From positions 1-53,717 of the forward strand of contig JAHBMJ010000237.1 in the NCBI GenBank assembly GCA_018398765.1: a stretch of DNA of 53,717 nucleotides, given 5' to 3'. How positions within the stretch are numbered: the first letter of the stretch is position 1; every line of letters begins with the position of its first letter. Below, piece by piece: positions 1 through 12,489 of the stretch. The position numbers and the translations under genes were made by a program. The notes beneath the pieces were generated by a model. The model did not search any database. It was not told where the DNA came from and saw only the letters and a list, made by a program, of their open reading frames with translations. The DNA is from Chromera velia (Eukaryota).

Positions 1-590
<590 letters not shown>

Positions 591-1164
591 TAAGAAGCCC
601 GGAAAGGAGCACGGAAACGAGAGAGGAAGGGAGGAAGGCAGGAAGGGTAAAAGACTGAAAGAAAGACAAGAAGCACTTCGAGACCGGCATGTGAGCCATG
701 CACCGCCAAACGAGTCCGGAAGGACAAAAGAAAAACGGAAAAGAAACCGAAGCCAAGGAAAGAAACAGCAGAGAGGAAAAAAGAAAATAGAGTGAGAAGG
801 GGGGGGTAGGGGGGGCAAGCGAGTGCAAGAAGGGTCGTCGAACTAGTCGTCGAAAGACAGGAACGATGATTCGGTATTTAGATTCAGAACGGAAAGAAAC
901 ACGTACGGGAAAAGGGGTAAGAATGAAGAGAGACCATAATTTTAAACCGCCACTTCTTTAAAATTTTCTTTTTCAAGTTTTTTTTTTTAGAAACTGAGAA
1001 TTAACCCTTAGACACTGCTAGATGAGTGTTGTAGTAGGTCCGTAATTGTAGGAATATATCAAGAAATATCATCCGAATGTATAAGTTGGTGTCACTCACG
1101 TTACCAACATATAATAATTAACTTGAATGTTAATATATAGTTTGTTAAACTCGCCGGATCTTGG

Positions 1165-1476
1165 TGATGAAGCCCTAGTGAAAGGCAAATCGGCGCAGAG
1201 AGGCACTAAGCCAGACCAACGCGAGACTGACAAAACATAAAGGCACCAACGCGCAGCGGCACCGCGCATCGCACACTACGAGCAAGGAAGTGAGCGAATT
1301 AAATGTATGGAAAGCGATACACATCTGATTGAATTAAGTCATACGAAAAGCATGTAAAGAAATGAAACCACAGGTGATTGAAGTAGATCATTGATGGAAA
1401 GGCGTGAACGTACTTAGACTCTAATGGAACAGTCTTACCCACATAGGAAAAACCTATAAGCCCTAAAGTCTCTTCA
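1165..1476 (+). repeat. 5' LTR of the 15.3-kb element
   Basis: TG...CA ends. About 23 substitutions versus the 16161-16472 copy by hand count (about 93% identity). Confidence 0.93.
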
Positions 1477-1509
1477 GGTGGAGCTGGAAGTGGGGAGTGG
1501 TAGTTTGTC

Positions 1510-4356
1510 AGAGAAACGTCGCACAGAGCAGTCTCTTTTTCTTTCTCCAGTCTCAGTCTGAACATCGTCTGTTCTTCTGTCTTGAGTATTTGCAGCCATG
1601 GCGGCAAGGAGTAAGACAAATCTATCTCATTAATTGTATGCATATCTTTGCGTGCTGGCCTCCCTCCTGGAATGTGCTGCGTATCTGCCCTGTCTCTAAA
1701 GGCCCTGCCTCTCCCTCTCCCAATGAATGGAGGCCTATTCACATTGTCAACCCTTTCATAAAACTTTTTGGTTTGCTGATAGACGGCCGTGTGCGCTCTC
1801 AAGTCGAGCTTGACGTCAGGCAGTTAGGTTTCAGACAAGGGGTGGGAACGAGAGAAGGAGTAGGCGCGCTTGTCTCTGCCATTCTCTCCTCTAAAAAGAA
1901 AAAAAAACTCTGCTGGCAGGCTTTGTTGATTTCTCCAAAGCCTTCGATACTGTGCCAAGAGGTAAGCTAATTCAAAAACTGAGAAGAGAAGGTGTATGTG
2001 AGGCAGATATATGTATGATATGTGAAATGTACAGGGAGGTCTAGGGAAAGGTAGATGGGGACTCTTTGCGTTTTCGGGAGGGCGCTGGGGTAAAGCAAGG
2101 TGATGCTCTCTCTCCCATTCTCTTTCTTATCTATATCAATGACCTTCCCCGTGTGTGTTCAGTTAGTAAGAACGAGGGGGCCGTAGACAGAGAAACAGAG
2201 GGAGTAGGATGCTTAGACAGCAGAATGAGGGAGGGCAGCGTCGAGGAGCTCGAGAGAGAGCCCGAACCTGTCCTCCTTGATAACTGCATCTTGGGCAGTC
2301 TGTGGTATGCGGATGATCTCTGTTTCCTAAGGCTTGCTCATTCCGTCTCAGATCTGTAAAAGAAGTTCTCAGCCTTGGAAGGGTATTGCAAGGAATAGGG
2401 ACTGACTGTGAACTTAAAGAAAACGAAAATCTTGCGCCTGGGGCAGTATGCAGGGAGAATTATGTATGGTGGGAGGGAAGTTGAATGAACATCCGAATAC
2501 AAATATCTGGGGTATGTTTTCTTTGAAGGGGGGTGCTTGAACAAGACAATTGAGTCCCGTATTGCTTCTGCTTCGCGGGCTTTGGGAGGGGTAATTGGGT
2601 TGATTACGAGCATGGGCCCACTCAGTATTGATGCGCAGGTAACAGTCTTTAGAGCCTGCTGGACCCCCGTAGCGCTCTACTGCCTTGAATGTCTACTAGT
2701 GCAGGATGTAGACCTGCTCGCTCTTGATGCTTTACAGCTTCAGTTTGCCCGTTGGTGTGGTCATTTGTTTGCTTGCAGCCTCCGCCTGCCCTTTCTTTGC
2801 ATCCTTGGTCTTCTTCTCTGCAAAGTCCTTCTCTGCTCCCGCGTAGCTGACTGGTGGCACTCTCTTTCCATCATAACACACACTATTCCTGCAGCCATGT
2901 TGCGTACCTGGAAGAATAACTGCTACCAACAATTCACAAGGTCTATAGACAGACTGCTTCGTTGGGCTGATTTGATTTTTATCCGCTCGCTGAGGGTCGA
3001 GCCCGATCTGTCTTCCCAACGTGGGCAGAATGGTCATAGGGCATAAGGCACTGGCTTACTTTTCTTCAAGGGCAAGGTGAGACAGACAGTTGCAAAGGAA
3101 TGCATGAAGGCTTGTGAGGATGATGGGCAATCTTCTTCTCACTTTGAAATTTCCCTCCTTGCTAGACTCACCCCTCTGCAGCGTGACTTCCCGTCCTCCC
3201 GCCGTATGTTTGTCTTCCTCCTGTGCAGCAAGTCGTCCTCCGGTATTCCTTCCATCTCTGCTCTTCCCCGTTCTGCCCTGTCAGTTACGGATGGCTCGAT
3301 CTTTTCTTTTTTGCGCATGCTGACATATAACCCGATGGGCGGGCAAGGTGGGCTGCCTATTGGTTGCTCTGATAGAAAGCTGTGCATCTATGAAGCCTGT
3401 TGCCGGTGTATAGATAATTTTATTTATCAGCTCTCTGTCTGCCCCTGATAGACTGCCGAACAAGGCTTTTTGCCTAGGGGGGGGCACTTCAGCCGGTTAC
3501 ACCATGGTTACTGATACTACACCCCCCCCCCTACAGCATGTGACATGTAAAAGTGGTGCCAATCGATTAGTTACATTTAGTTACTCACAAAACTGGCTTT
3601 AAGATTGTTGAACAATTCAGGTTATGGTAAAAAATGATGAAAAATGATGTGTCATACTCACTTTGCCCCCAAACCCCCCGTAACCGGGTAACTCGTAACC
3701 TTTTTTGACCCCCCTCAAAAATGAAGTAACCTCCCTCAAGAAGCATTCAAACGTAGTTTAAATATCATTTTGAATGTTTTTAAAAGTTGAAAATTTGGTC
3801 GGTTACTGAGGTCAAAATGCTCGTAACCGGGTAACCTGTAACCTCTTTATGTGACAAAAATAAAAAGGAGGTAACCTAGGAGGTAACCTAAAGTAACCAT
3901 GTAGCCTACACTTCAAACATCAGATTTTGACGTAACTTGACTAAGCGGAGCTTCAGGTTGCCGGACTGGCTCGCAAAAATCTGTTTTTGTTCATATTTTA
4001 TGTCATTTTGGACTCAAAATCTACCATAACCTTCCAGAGTGCCCCCCCCTGGCTTTTTGCAGTGATTAGCATTAATTCAATCAGACCGCTTCACTCGTTG
4101 TGACTCACCCTTTGCATCTGCCTCCTTTTCTGATCTGGGGGTTCGCAAGCTCATCACATCGCTCTTGCGCTTTCAACTCTCTCTCCTCTTTATGATTTCT
4201 TGTCATATTATAGTAAATGATTGATTAGATTAAGTTCAAATAACTGTCGTGCACTTAGCTTACAGCTGGCATAATTGAACAGACCCATGTATGTATGTGC
4301 TGCCCAGGAGTTCTAACTCCACCTAAGGTTTGGCATCAATCAGTTAATCGATCAAT
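1510..4356 (+). pseudogene. 5'-truncated, decayed non-LTR (LINE) retrotransposon: reverse transcriptase and C-terminal region
   Basis: LINE RT motifs across frameshifts and stops: WRPIHIVNPFIKLF, QLGFRQG, FVDFSKAFDTV, GVKQGDALSPILF, LWYADDL, YKYLG. Cys-rich C-terminus near 3380-3445. Degenerate (ATCA)n tail at about 4335-4356. Boundaries are approximate. Confidence 0.88.
3474..4052. mobile_element. hAT-like MITE nested in the LINE
   Basis: TIRs CTAGGGGGGGGCACT / AGTGCCCCCCCCTGG. 8-bp TSD CTTTTTGC (3466-3473, 4053-4060). Many subterminal GGTTAC/GTAACC motifs. Confidence 0.88.
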
Positions 4357-6494
4357 CAAACGGTCTCGAACATTAAAACGGTCTCCAAAACAACCATAAT
4401 TCTCCAGCTTTTCTAGTATTTTTTACATATTAAACAATACTTAAAAGCTTAAAACAAAGAGTTTTAAGCAATGTGAGAGTGTGATTTTGTGTTTTTAAAT
4501 TGGGGTTAGTAAGAAAAAAAAAATTATAGCGGTGTGCGTAACTGCAACGCGGTGGTGTGCTGTGCGCCCGTTACTGCAACACGGCCGGCGGCGGGGCACG
4601 GCGGGGCCTACGCACATCATAGGATCAATATGCCCCAGCCTTAAAATCGGATAATATCCAAGAAGCCGATTTTGATGCACGCAGATGTAGCTGATATGTG
4701 ATCAAAGCACGTATACTGCATATTTATCTCTGGATATTGTGGAACTGCGGATCTGCTCCAAAGCTGTTAATTCACTGCTGATGTTTTTAGATCAGCTTGC
4801 ACTACATTGCAGGTATAACAGCTCTATACTTCACATGGGAGACTCCAACTCTGAGCAGACCTTGGAAGGAACTTCAGTCGTCTTTCTTCTTCGAACATGG
4901 GTTTATTTGCCCGTCTCGTTCTGTCAGCAAGCGTGGTGGGAAAATTGGAGAGGGCCGTCTTGTTCTCACTCTTTGATCGACGTCCTTTTCCCCTTGCATG
5001 CTTCTATGTAAGCGCTCGAGCTCTTGGCAGTGCTTTCTTCGCCGGGGGAACTGGGGCGGTTTTCGTCTTCTTTCTGGTGAGTTTGAGGTTCTGTCTCCTT
5101 TCAGACGTGAACTATAGCTAGCCGTAACACTCGTTGCATTATATCAGGCACAGGCTCACCTTTGTCTAAGCTCTCAAACTTCCTTACTTTCTTGGTATGT
5201 ACCTGCAGACAGGACTTGGGATTCCCACTGGGCTGTTTTGGGGATCCAGAAGGACCTTCGCATACTCTCCGGTAAGTTCATCAGTTTGTTTGTTTCACTG
5301 CTTACAAGCCGTTCTATCAAGTCAGAGCATGATGCACCTCAGACCCTCCTATACAACTTCATTCTTTTCTTATTCGGTGGTTGCATGCAGGATCCGGGAC
5401 CACTTTTTGCCTTTACTGAGGAGCTGGGGTTGCTTTTGCCATTCTTTTGATCAGTGTGCAGTTCCGTCTCTCTATGTAAGTCAGTGCATGATGCACTGTT
5501 GAGCAGATATTTGCCTTGAACCGTCGTTTTTGGCTTTATTACCTCTTGGGGATGTGATTGAATGCAGGTTCTGTTCATTTCTAGGTTCATTTGATCGTGT
5601 TAAGGCAGCACTTAGGGCTCTCTGGGTCAGTGGTTTGTTTTCATTTGGTCTCTGTCAGTTGCGTCGTTTTACGCCCGTGCCTGTCAGTGAAAATCAGTCA
5701 AAGACATCCAATAGGTACGGTCTAGAAAGTTTGAAGAGAAGTTATCATGACAACCTGGGAAGAGGCAATAGGACGAGGGGAAGGATACTTGTCCTTGCTT
5801 TCCGTTTGTCTCCCTTTGAATATGCTGCTTGTCTGCCTGTATTCAGGTTTGCTTTCTATTTCTGAAACTGTGCACCGGTACCAGCCCCGGCCTTAACGTG
5901 TGGATCCTGGCGGAGATAGAAGGCGGAAAGGGGGGCAAAGGAGTGAGAAGGAGAGGGCGGATCAAGGGAGTGAGCAGACCGGAGCACTGGCGGGATCGGA
6001 GGGACGTTCATCGACGGAGGCGGGGGCAAGAACGGGGACAAGAGCCGCTGAAGGGCAGGGGCCGGGCCTGGTACCACGGTATGCCACAGCCCGGGTAGGA
6101 CCCGGGGCCGGTGGCGTCAGAAAGAGCAGAGAGACGCCAGCTGGAGGGACCAGTGAGACGTTTGGGCCGAGTAAATGAACATTCGCGACTGGCAAAGGAA
6201 GCCGAGGTCGATCGGGGCCCGGCCCAGCCTAGGCCGGCGGCGTGACAAGGGAGTAGGGCCGAGGCCGGTAACATCACAAGTGGCCGGGGTGGGCGGTGTC
6301 CACCAAGAAGGACATAGACAATCCGGAGACTCGGAGAGGTCGGTAAGAGAAATTGATGGGGAGTTAGAGCATAAAAAGTGGATTGCCCAGCTTTGCGAAG
6401 CATGCCGGTGAAGGCTGCGCTGTTTTTTTAGGCTCATTCCATACTTTGTGTTCCACCTCTCCCTCTTGGACTATGTGAAAAAAATATTTAGCGA

Positions 6495-7018
6495 GAGAGA
6501 ATTCAGGGCTGAATTCTCCCTCGATGAGTATGTGAAAAAAAGTTTTTTTGAGGAAGAATTTTTTTGAGTCGTTTTTCTGGCTTCTTTCACCAAAGTCAGT
6601 CATTTTTTTTTTACTCTCTCGAAAAAAAAATTTTTTATTATTACCGAAGGAGAATTCAGGGCTGAATTCTCCCTCTTGAAGTATGTTAAAAAGATATCGT
6701 CCAAGGGAGAATTTAGCCCTAAATTCTCCTTCGGTCAAAATACAAAGGATTTTTTTTTCTTTTGCACCATAGAAAGAGGATGTTTTTTGGATGAAAGGTG
6801 TTTGGAACAGCATTCATCTTAATCAAAATCATGCTAACTGCTCTCTTTCTCTCTTCACAGCTCTCAATATGTAGCACTTTGAGCCGTTTCACTCGAGGGA
6901 GAATTTAGCCCTGAATTCTCCCTCGCCCTCGGTAAAAATACGAAGGATTTTTTTTTCTTTCACATCACAGAAAAGACATATTTTTTGGATGAAAGGTGTT
7001 CGGGACAGCATTCATCTT
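6495..7018. repeat. Four copies of the palindrome GAGAATT(C/T)AG-GG/CC-CT(G/A)AATTCTC, plus a duplication of about 120 bp
   Basis: Palindromes near 6497, 6650, 6707 and 6899. The segment 6705-6820 is duplicated at about 6897-7018. Confidence 0.85.
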
Positions 7019-7699
7019 GTATGAATTTATGCCACGTGTTCTTTTTCTGTTCTTAATCTACTCTATTATGGGCCGCCTCGGGTCAGGCATCTGCAGGCAT
7101 CAGGGTGGCGCCTTGCGCGCCTCGTGTTCTCTGCTTGTACACATGCAGAAAAAAACAGCTAAATTGTTATAAAACCTTTTGAATTCGTTTTCTAAGCCTT
7201 TAATTCTTCTCTCATCTGCCTGTTTCTGTTCTTGATACATCTATGGATTCTTCTTCATATGTGTGTCCGTGTGTGTCTTCTGAATATGAATGCAGTTAAG
7301 TCTACTTCGAGGTGTATGGAAGGACCACCCCAGACAGCCCCTGTAGAAGGTGGGTTCAGAGCTCAGCCTTTGTTTCAGTGGCTTGTACTTGGTCTACCAG
7401 GCTCTGGAGCTCTAGGCTGCCTTTTCGTTAACCATTTTATTTTCCTTTTTGAGTCTTTCTCCATCTCTGCACGTGTGTGTATCTAGGTGTATACAACGCT
7501 AGGTGCAGCGTGTGTATGTGTGTATATGTATGTAAAAGAGTGTGAATGTATGAAAAAGAATATCCTCCCATGTATTCTGTTTGTCTCCGGCCTTGTTCTG
7601 GAAGTTTATATGTTCCTTCTGGCACTGCATTTTGTTGCCCGTATTTGCTCCAACAACAAAGGAGCGTACTGCTAGTAGTCCGTGTGATCTTGTATTCTA

Positions 7700-8218
7700 T
7701 GTGCATGTGTGCATACACATGCATGCGTGTGTACGCGTGCCTGTGTCACGGTGTGTATGTGTATCTGAGTGTGTGTGTGTGTATGTGTGTGAGAAAGAGA
7801 GAGAGGGAGAGTATGAGTGTGAGTGTGAGTATGAGTGTGAGTCTGAGTGTAGGTGTGAGTGTGAGTGTGAGTGTATGTATATATATACATGTGTGTGTAT
7901 GTGTGTGTATGTGTATGTATGTGTGTGCATGCATGCGTGTGTGAGTATGTAAAGGTGTGTACGCAACACAACAGAGTCTTTCCATCCTTTTCTTTCTTAA
8001 GGCTCATGACGCTTACCTCTTTCAGAAAGAATAAATGCATGTTGTTGCTTTTCTGGGAGTCAGTTTGTCTGAGTCCGCGTTTATGTATGTGTGCATATGT
8101 CTGAGGTGCATATACTCGTTCTCTTTCTATCTCTCGGTCTCTTCTTTATACCTAAGTTTTCTCTGCCGGCTTATGTTCCTCCCGTTTCCCCTTTTCCCCC
8201 GGCCTGTTCCCCTTCTGT

Positions 8219-8259
<41 letters not shown>

Positions 8260-8330
8260 TATGTGTATGTATGTGTGTGTGTGTGTGTATGTGTATGTGT
8301 GTATGTGTGTGCACGCGTACGTGTGTGCAC
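7700..8330. repeat. (GT)n / (GTGA)n microsatellite tracts
   Basis: Directly visible. Confidence 0.85.
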
Positions 8331-8913
8331 TGGCAGATCCACATACACACAGACCTTCACTAACAGGTTATGTGCACTGGTCCAGGAAGCCAATTTTAAA
8401 ATGTTGATTATTGTTCCGGCGGCATAAAAAATTTGTTATTTGAGTCGAACAACTTCATTGACAATGTCTGGTTGTTAAAACAGTGCTTTGAGCTTACGGC
8501 ATCTTACGGCCATTATTATGAGCGTCGTACTCATGATTTGTAGTCATACAGTCTAACATATTAATAGCATCAATTGTGATATTCATAAAAGCTCTACACT
8601 ACGTTTCACATGTTTTTAATCTTTCTGTTAAAACCTTAAGATTTATTATGAAGACAATATTTTAAAGAGTTAAAAACTTACTAAAAAAGTTAAAATGATA
8701 AATTAAAACTTAAATATATATGCAGTTATCATACATCAAGTTTATATATAATTATTAATAATTATTTCACTAACTACGATTAAAAAAACACTTAATCGCA
8801 CTCTCAAACCGTTTAAAACTCTTTGTTTTAAGTTTTTGATCATTGTTTAGTACTTAGAAATGCTTGATAAGTATGGTAATTTTGGAGACCGTTTTGATGT
8901 TGGAGACCGTTTG

Positions 8914-10260
8914 GGATAGATTTGTCTTGAGTCAGGCTGCCAGTGGGCATTTCTCGCCACAGGCAGTTGACAAGAATGCTCCATATGCCACTCGGGCAAA
9001 GGATCAACTCTTGAATGGTAAAGACATTCAATTTGAGCACGTGACGGTGGAGCTTCAAGATCCACATGAGGCAGTAAGTGATCCCACCATCCTTGTAGGT
9101 CTCGGTGGAGATCATCCGGATGTTTTTATCAAGTCCGTGACCTTCAAGACAGATTTGGAAGAGACAAAGGGCCTCGTCGCTCACCACTTCAACGAGGCGA
9201 TGCAAGGAATGCTCTACGATGGCACGGACCCTACTCGGATCGATCGGCTTGGGACGGCAATTTCCCGAAGTATCAAAGCGTGCGGCCTCACGACGATCAC
9301 CATGAACAAGAACTCTACCGGTTGCCGTAAGTACAGAAAAATGATTACAATTTTTCTCAAGAAACAGTTAGGCGGCAATGTACTCGACTCTCTCAATTCT
9401 GCCTTCGCTCCCCTTGGTACAGACATACTGTATGAAGAAGATCTATTTTACCTCTGGGGGTGGCTCGAATCCCAAACCATGAAAGATCCCTGGTCTGCGT
9501 TCCTCTCAGCCAAAGAGTCTGTTTTTCATCTTGTCCGCAGAGGAAAGCCTACAGACACTCCTTTCCCTCTCTGGATTAATGGCATCCAAAAGAAATACAG
9601 AGCGATCGGAAAGATTGATCTAGGAGATAGAAGGGTAAACGATGTATATGTGAAGAATCTCGTAGACAATCTACAGAATAAAAGAGTATTCTACAAGATG
9701 GAGGAAAACGATGTCGAGATCATCTCCTTGTACGTTCTGGCGGCTTGTGCGTGTAGGTCCGTCCTCAGAAGAGAAGAGCTGAAGAGACTGATGGACGGAC
9801 GGATCATGACGGAAGCCGAACTATGCGCCCTCTTTGCGGCAACGTTCGGAATGGCTTTCCCCAACAAGAAGGGGGGAGGAGGCCAGCAGAGGAAGAAAGA
9901 CTATGTCATGATCACCTACAATAAACTGTAGAAGTTCCAGCAAGGGCACTCCAACGGTGGCAGTTCATTCGGCTACAGGGGGAGAGGGGGGAACCACCAG
10001 AGAGGAAGGAGGGGCAGAGGGAGAAACTTTCAGAGACCTAAAACTCCATATAGATAGCAAAGCCATAACTACAACAACAATGACTGAGGAGGCTACAGAG
10101 GCAGAGGAGGCCCTAACCATGGGGGAGGAAACCCCAACGGTGGGAGGCGAGGCAGGGGCAGAGGCAGAGGTGGAGGGAACCTAGGGAGAGAACGGGAGAG
10201 TGGACGGAACTTCAAACTACACGGCGCCTGCGGCTGCAGCGGGTATACAAACGGATAGAA
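8914..10260 (+). pseudogene. gag: Gag-like region with RGG/GRG-rich C-terminus (in-frame stops)
   Basis: Open frame to 9931. The same frame continues through TAG/TGA stops into GYRGRGG...RGRGRGRGGG. It lies upstream of the protease. No CCHC motif seen. Confidence 0.65.
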
Positions 10261-11039
10261 ACAACAAGCTGGTGAGTCAGCGTATAATTCTCTCAGCTTT
10301 TCTGCCTATTTGATCATTTCTTACTCTCTTGTCTCCTTACTCGTCTTCTCTTCTTTCGCTATGTGTTCTCAATACTTTAACTGGTTGGTGTTGCTTGCAA
10401 GTAGCCATCAGATACACACAAGTGGCCGAGAGATTGAAGATGAGAATGGAAAATAAGAAGGGCAGAGAGGCATCAGAGTCAAGATAACAGACAGGCAAGC
10501 GGGGAGAAAGCAGAAGAAATTCATTCTTTCAGAGAGCACAAGAAATCTTTCAGAAGACCTGCACCCAGGAGGTGCGCTCATTGGTAGGGGGGTGTCGAGC
10601 TGTTATGCTTAAAATTAGCACCTTCCATCACCCAAGGGTCGTTTACAGATTTGTCCGATAAGTCTTTCCCTGAATCAAATGATGAGTCAGAAGAGCAGGT
10701 GGCATCCATAGATAAGAGATCAACAGAGAGTGAGGAAGGGGAAGATTGGACACAGTCAGCAGCGTCTTCCACAGATAAGGAGAAGAAAGCAAGGAGACGG
10801 GAATTTCACCATCTCTACCACATCCATCAACGAAGAAACAAAACATTCATAACAGCAGCAGCAGCAATAGCGGCAGTCCAATCCGATTCCGATATGGACC
10901 TTCTTGACAGTTCATTGATTTCCGATCTGAAGCTGTTGATGACAGAACAGTTGGAAGATTGTGGGGTGAATGAGGAGTTTGTGCAGAAAGCACTGGAAGG
11001 AAGTTAGAGCAGTGGAAAGACAGTAGAAGACGCATCCAA

Positions 11040-11412
11040 ACTGTCTCTTATGAAGGATAGTGGGAGCACGGGAGTTGTCACTTTCTCCTTTGGATGGCTC
11101 CGCATGGTGCAAGCACTCTTTCTTCTTACCGATCTAGGACACCGGATTTGGCAACCTACAGAAGCAGACCCAGGTTCTTCCTGGTCAACCGCAAATGGCA
11201 TAGTAGGCGTGAAAGGGGTGTGGGCAGGGGGATTTCATTTGACAGACGCAGCAGTCCTCTCTGGTCGCTGTGTTGTCCTCGATACAGAAGACATAGTGCG
11301 CCCTCTCATTGGTATGAAGTTTTTGGAGGCGTGGAGTGCAAGGATGGATTATGAGACAAAACGAATGTTGTTACTGCACCCAAGGGCAAAGAAGCAGCAT
11401 CTCTCCGTCTAG
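11040..11412 (+). pseudogene. Retroelement aspartic protease domain
   Basis: LSLMKDSGST (DSG catalytic motif), STANG flap-like segment, and C-terminal PLIGMKFL. Confidence 0.75.
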
Positions 11413-12489
11413 TGGACCACCCAACCGAGCGGTCTTTTGACAGCCAAGGCCCATATCAGAGGTGGTAGATGGGAACTTGGCAGTGAGAGACTCGAGAGTT
11501 CATAGTCTGGTGGTGATAGACACCGGAGAAGAAGTTCTCTTTCCCCAGTCTCTTGTCTATAGAGATTGAAAGGAAAGGAGATGGGCGACTGGGTCCGCAT
11601 CTCCACTGTGGGCTGGCTATGTGCAACATGAGGTGCAACGCATGCACAGCAGGGAGGCAGCTGAGACCTGTGAAGGAGAGAAAGTGCAGGGGTTTAGTTT
11701 CAGCTCATCCAGTCCCAACAGCACTCAGAAAGAAAAGCATCCCAGCAGAAGAAAAAAGAACTTCCACTATGTTCGATTTAGAGAGTACATTGATTGCTTG
11801 TATTTTAAAGAGAAGGAATGTGCATCAACGTGTGGACGGCAGGGGAAAGCGTGTCCCCATGCAAGATATGAGGTGGAAGGAAAAGCATGACATCATAAGC
11901 AATTGGAAAAGGCCCGCTCTTGGCGGTCTTAGGCGTCTGGCCAGAGCCTGGGCATCGCTGAGGTGCGGAGATCGCCAAGGCTGGTGGAGAAGGACAACAA
12001 AGTGTCAGGTGAGCCCCCACCCAGGGCACCTATACAGGTCGACTATCCTTTCCTAGCTTCAGACACTGCAGTAAACGTATCCTCTCATTCTTTCGTTTCT
12101 CTTTCCTCTGCTCAGTAATCATCAAATTTTGAAGCAACGTATTCAAAGAGCAAGAAAGAAAGGAGAGCAGCACAGAAAAGAGAAAAGAAAGCGGAAGACA
12201 AGAAAAAGAAAAGTCTGAAACTGTTACAGCCAGAAAGAAAAAAATGTATAAAAAAAAAGAATGTGGGGACTAACGCTCCCGAAAGGGTGGCAAGGGCTTC
12301 TGAATGCTTCCCCAATACTGCAGGTGTTTCGAGAGATCCCGTTGCAGAGACTACTGGAGACTCGGATACACAGGAGGGAGACGCAAACCACAATGGGTGT
12401 GATCACCCGCGGCAAATCGATGGAGACGCAATCGATTTGGGGAGGGTGAGCACGAGAGCGGAGGTCCCACAGAGGCTCTGCCGAAAGGA

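Larger units (their letters stand above)
4357..8913. mobile_element. Unclassified non-autonomous element with long (about 140-bp) terminal inverted repeats
   Basis: 4357-~4498 (CAAACGGTCTCGAACATTAAAACGGTCTCCAAAA...) is the imperfect reverse complement of ~8781-8913. No clear TSD and no transposase ORF seen. Confidence 0.75.

Noticed and set aside
1299..1802. Minus-strand ORF sharing its peptide with ORF 16364-16819
   Set aside because: The shared peptide is just read-through of the duplicated LTR.
6495..6925. Palindromic repeats as a CRISPR array
   Set aside because: Irregular spacing, orientation flip, duplicated 'spacers', eukaryotic context and no cas genes.
8864..8913. Annotated start of the 355-aa ORF
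   Set aside because: These codons lie in the right TIR of the inserted element, so they are not the real Gag start.
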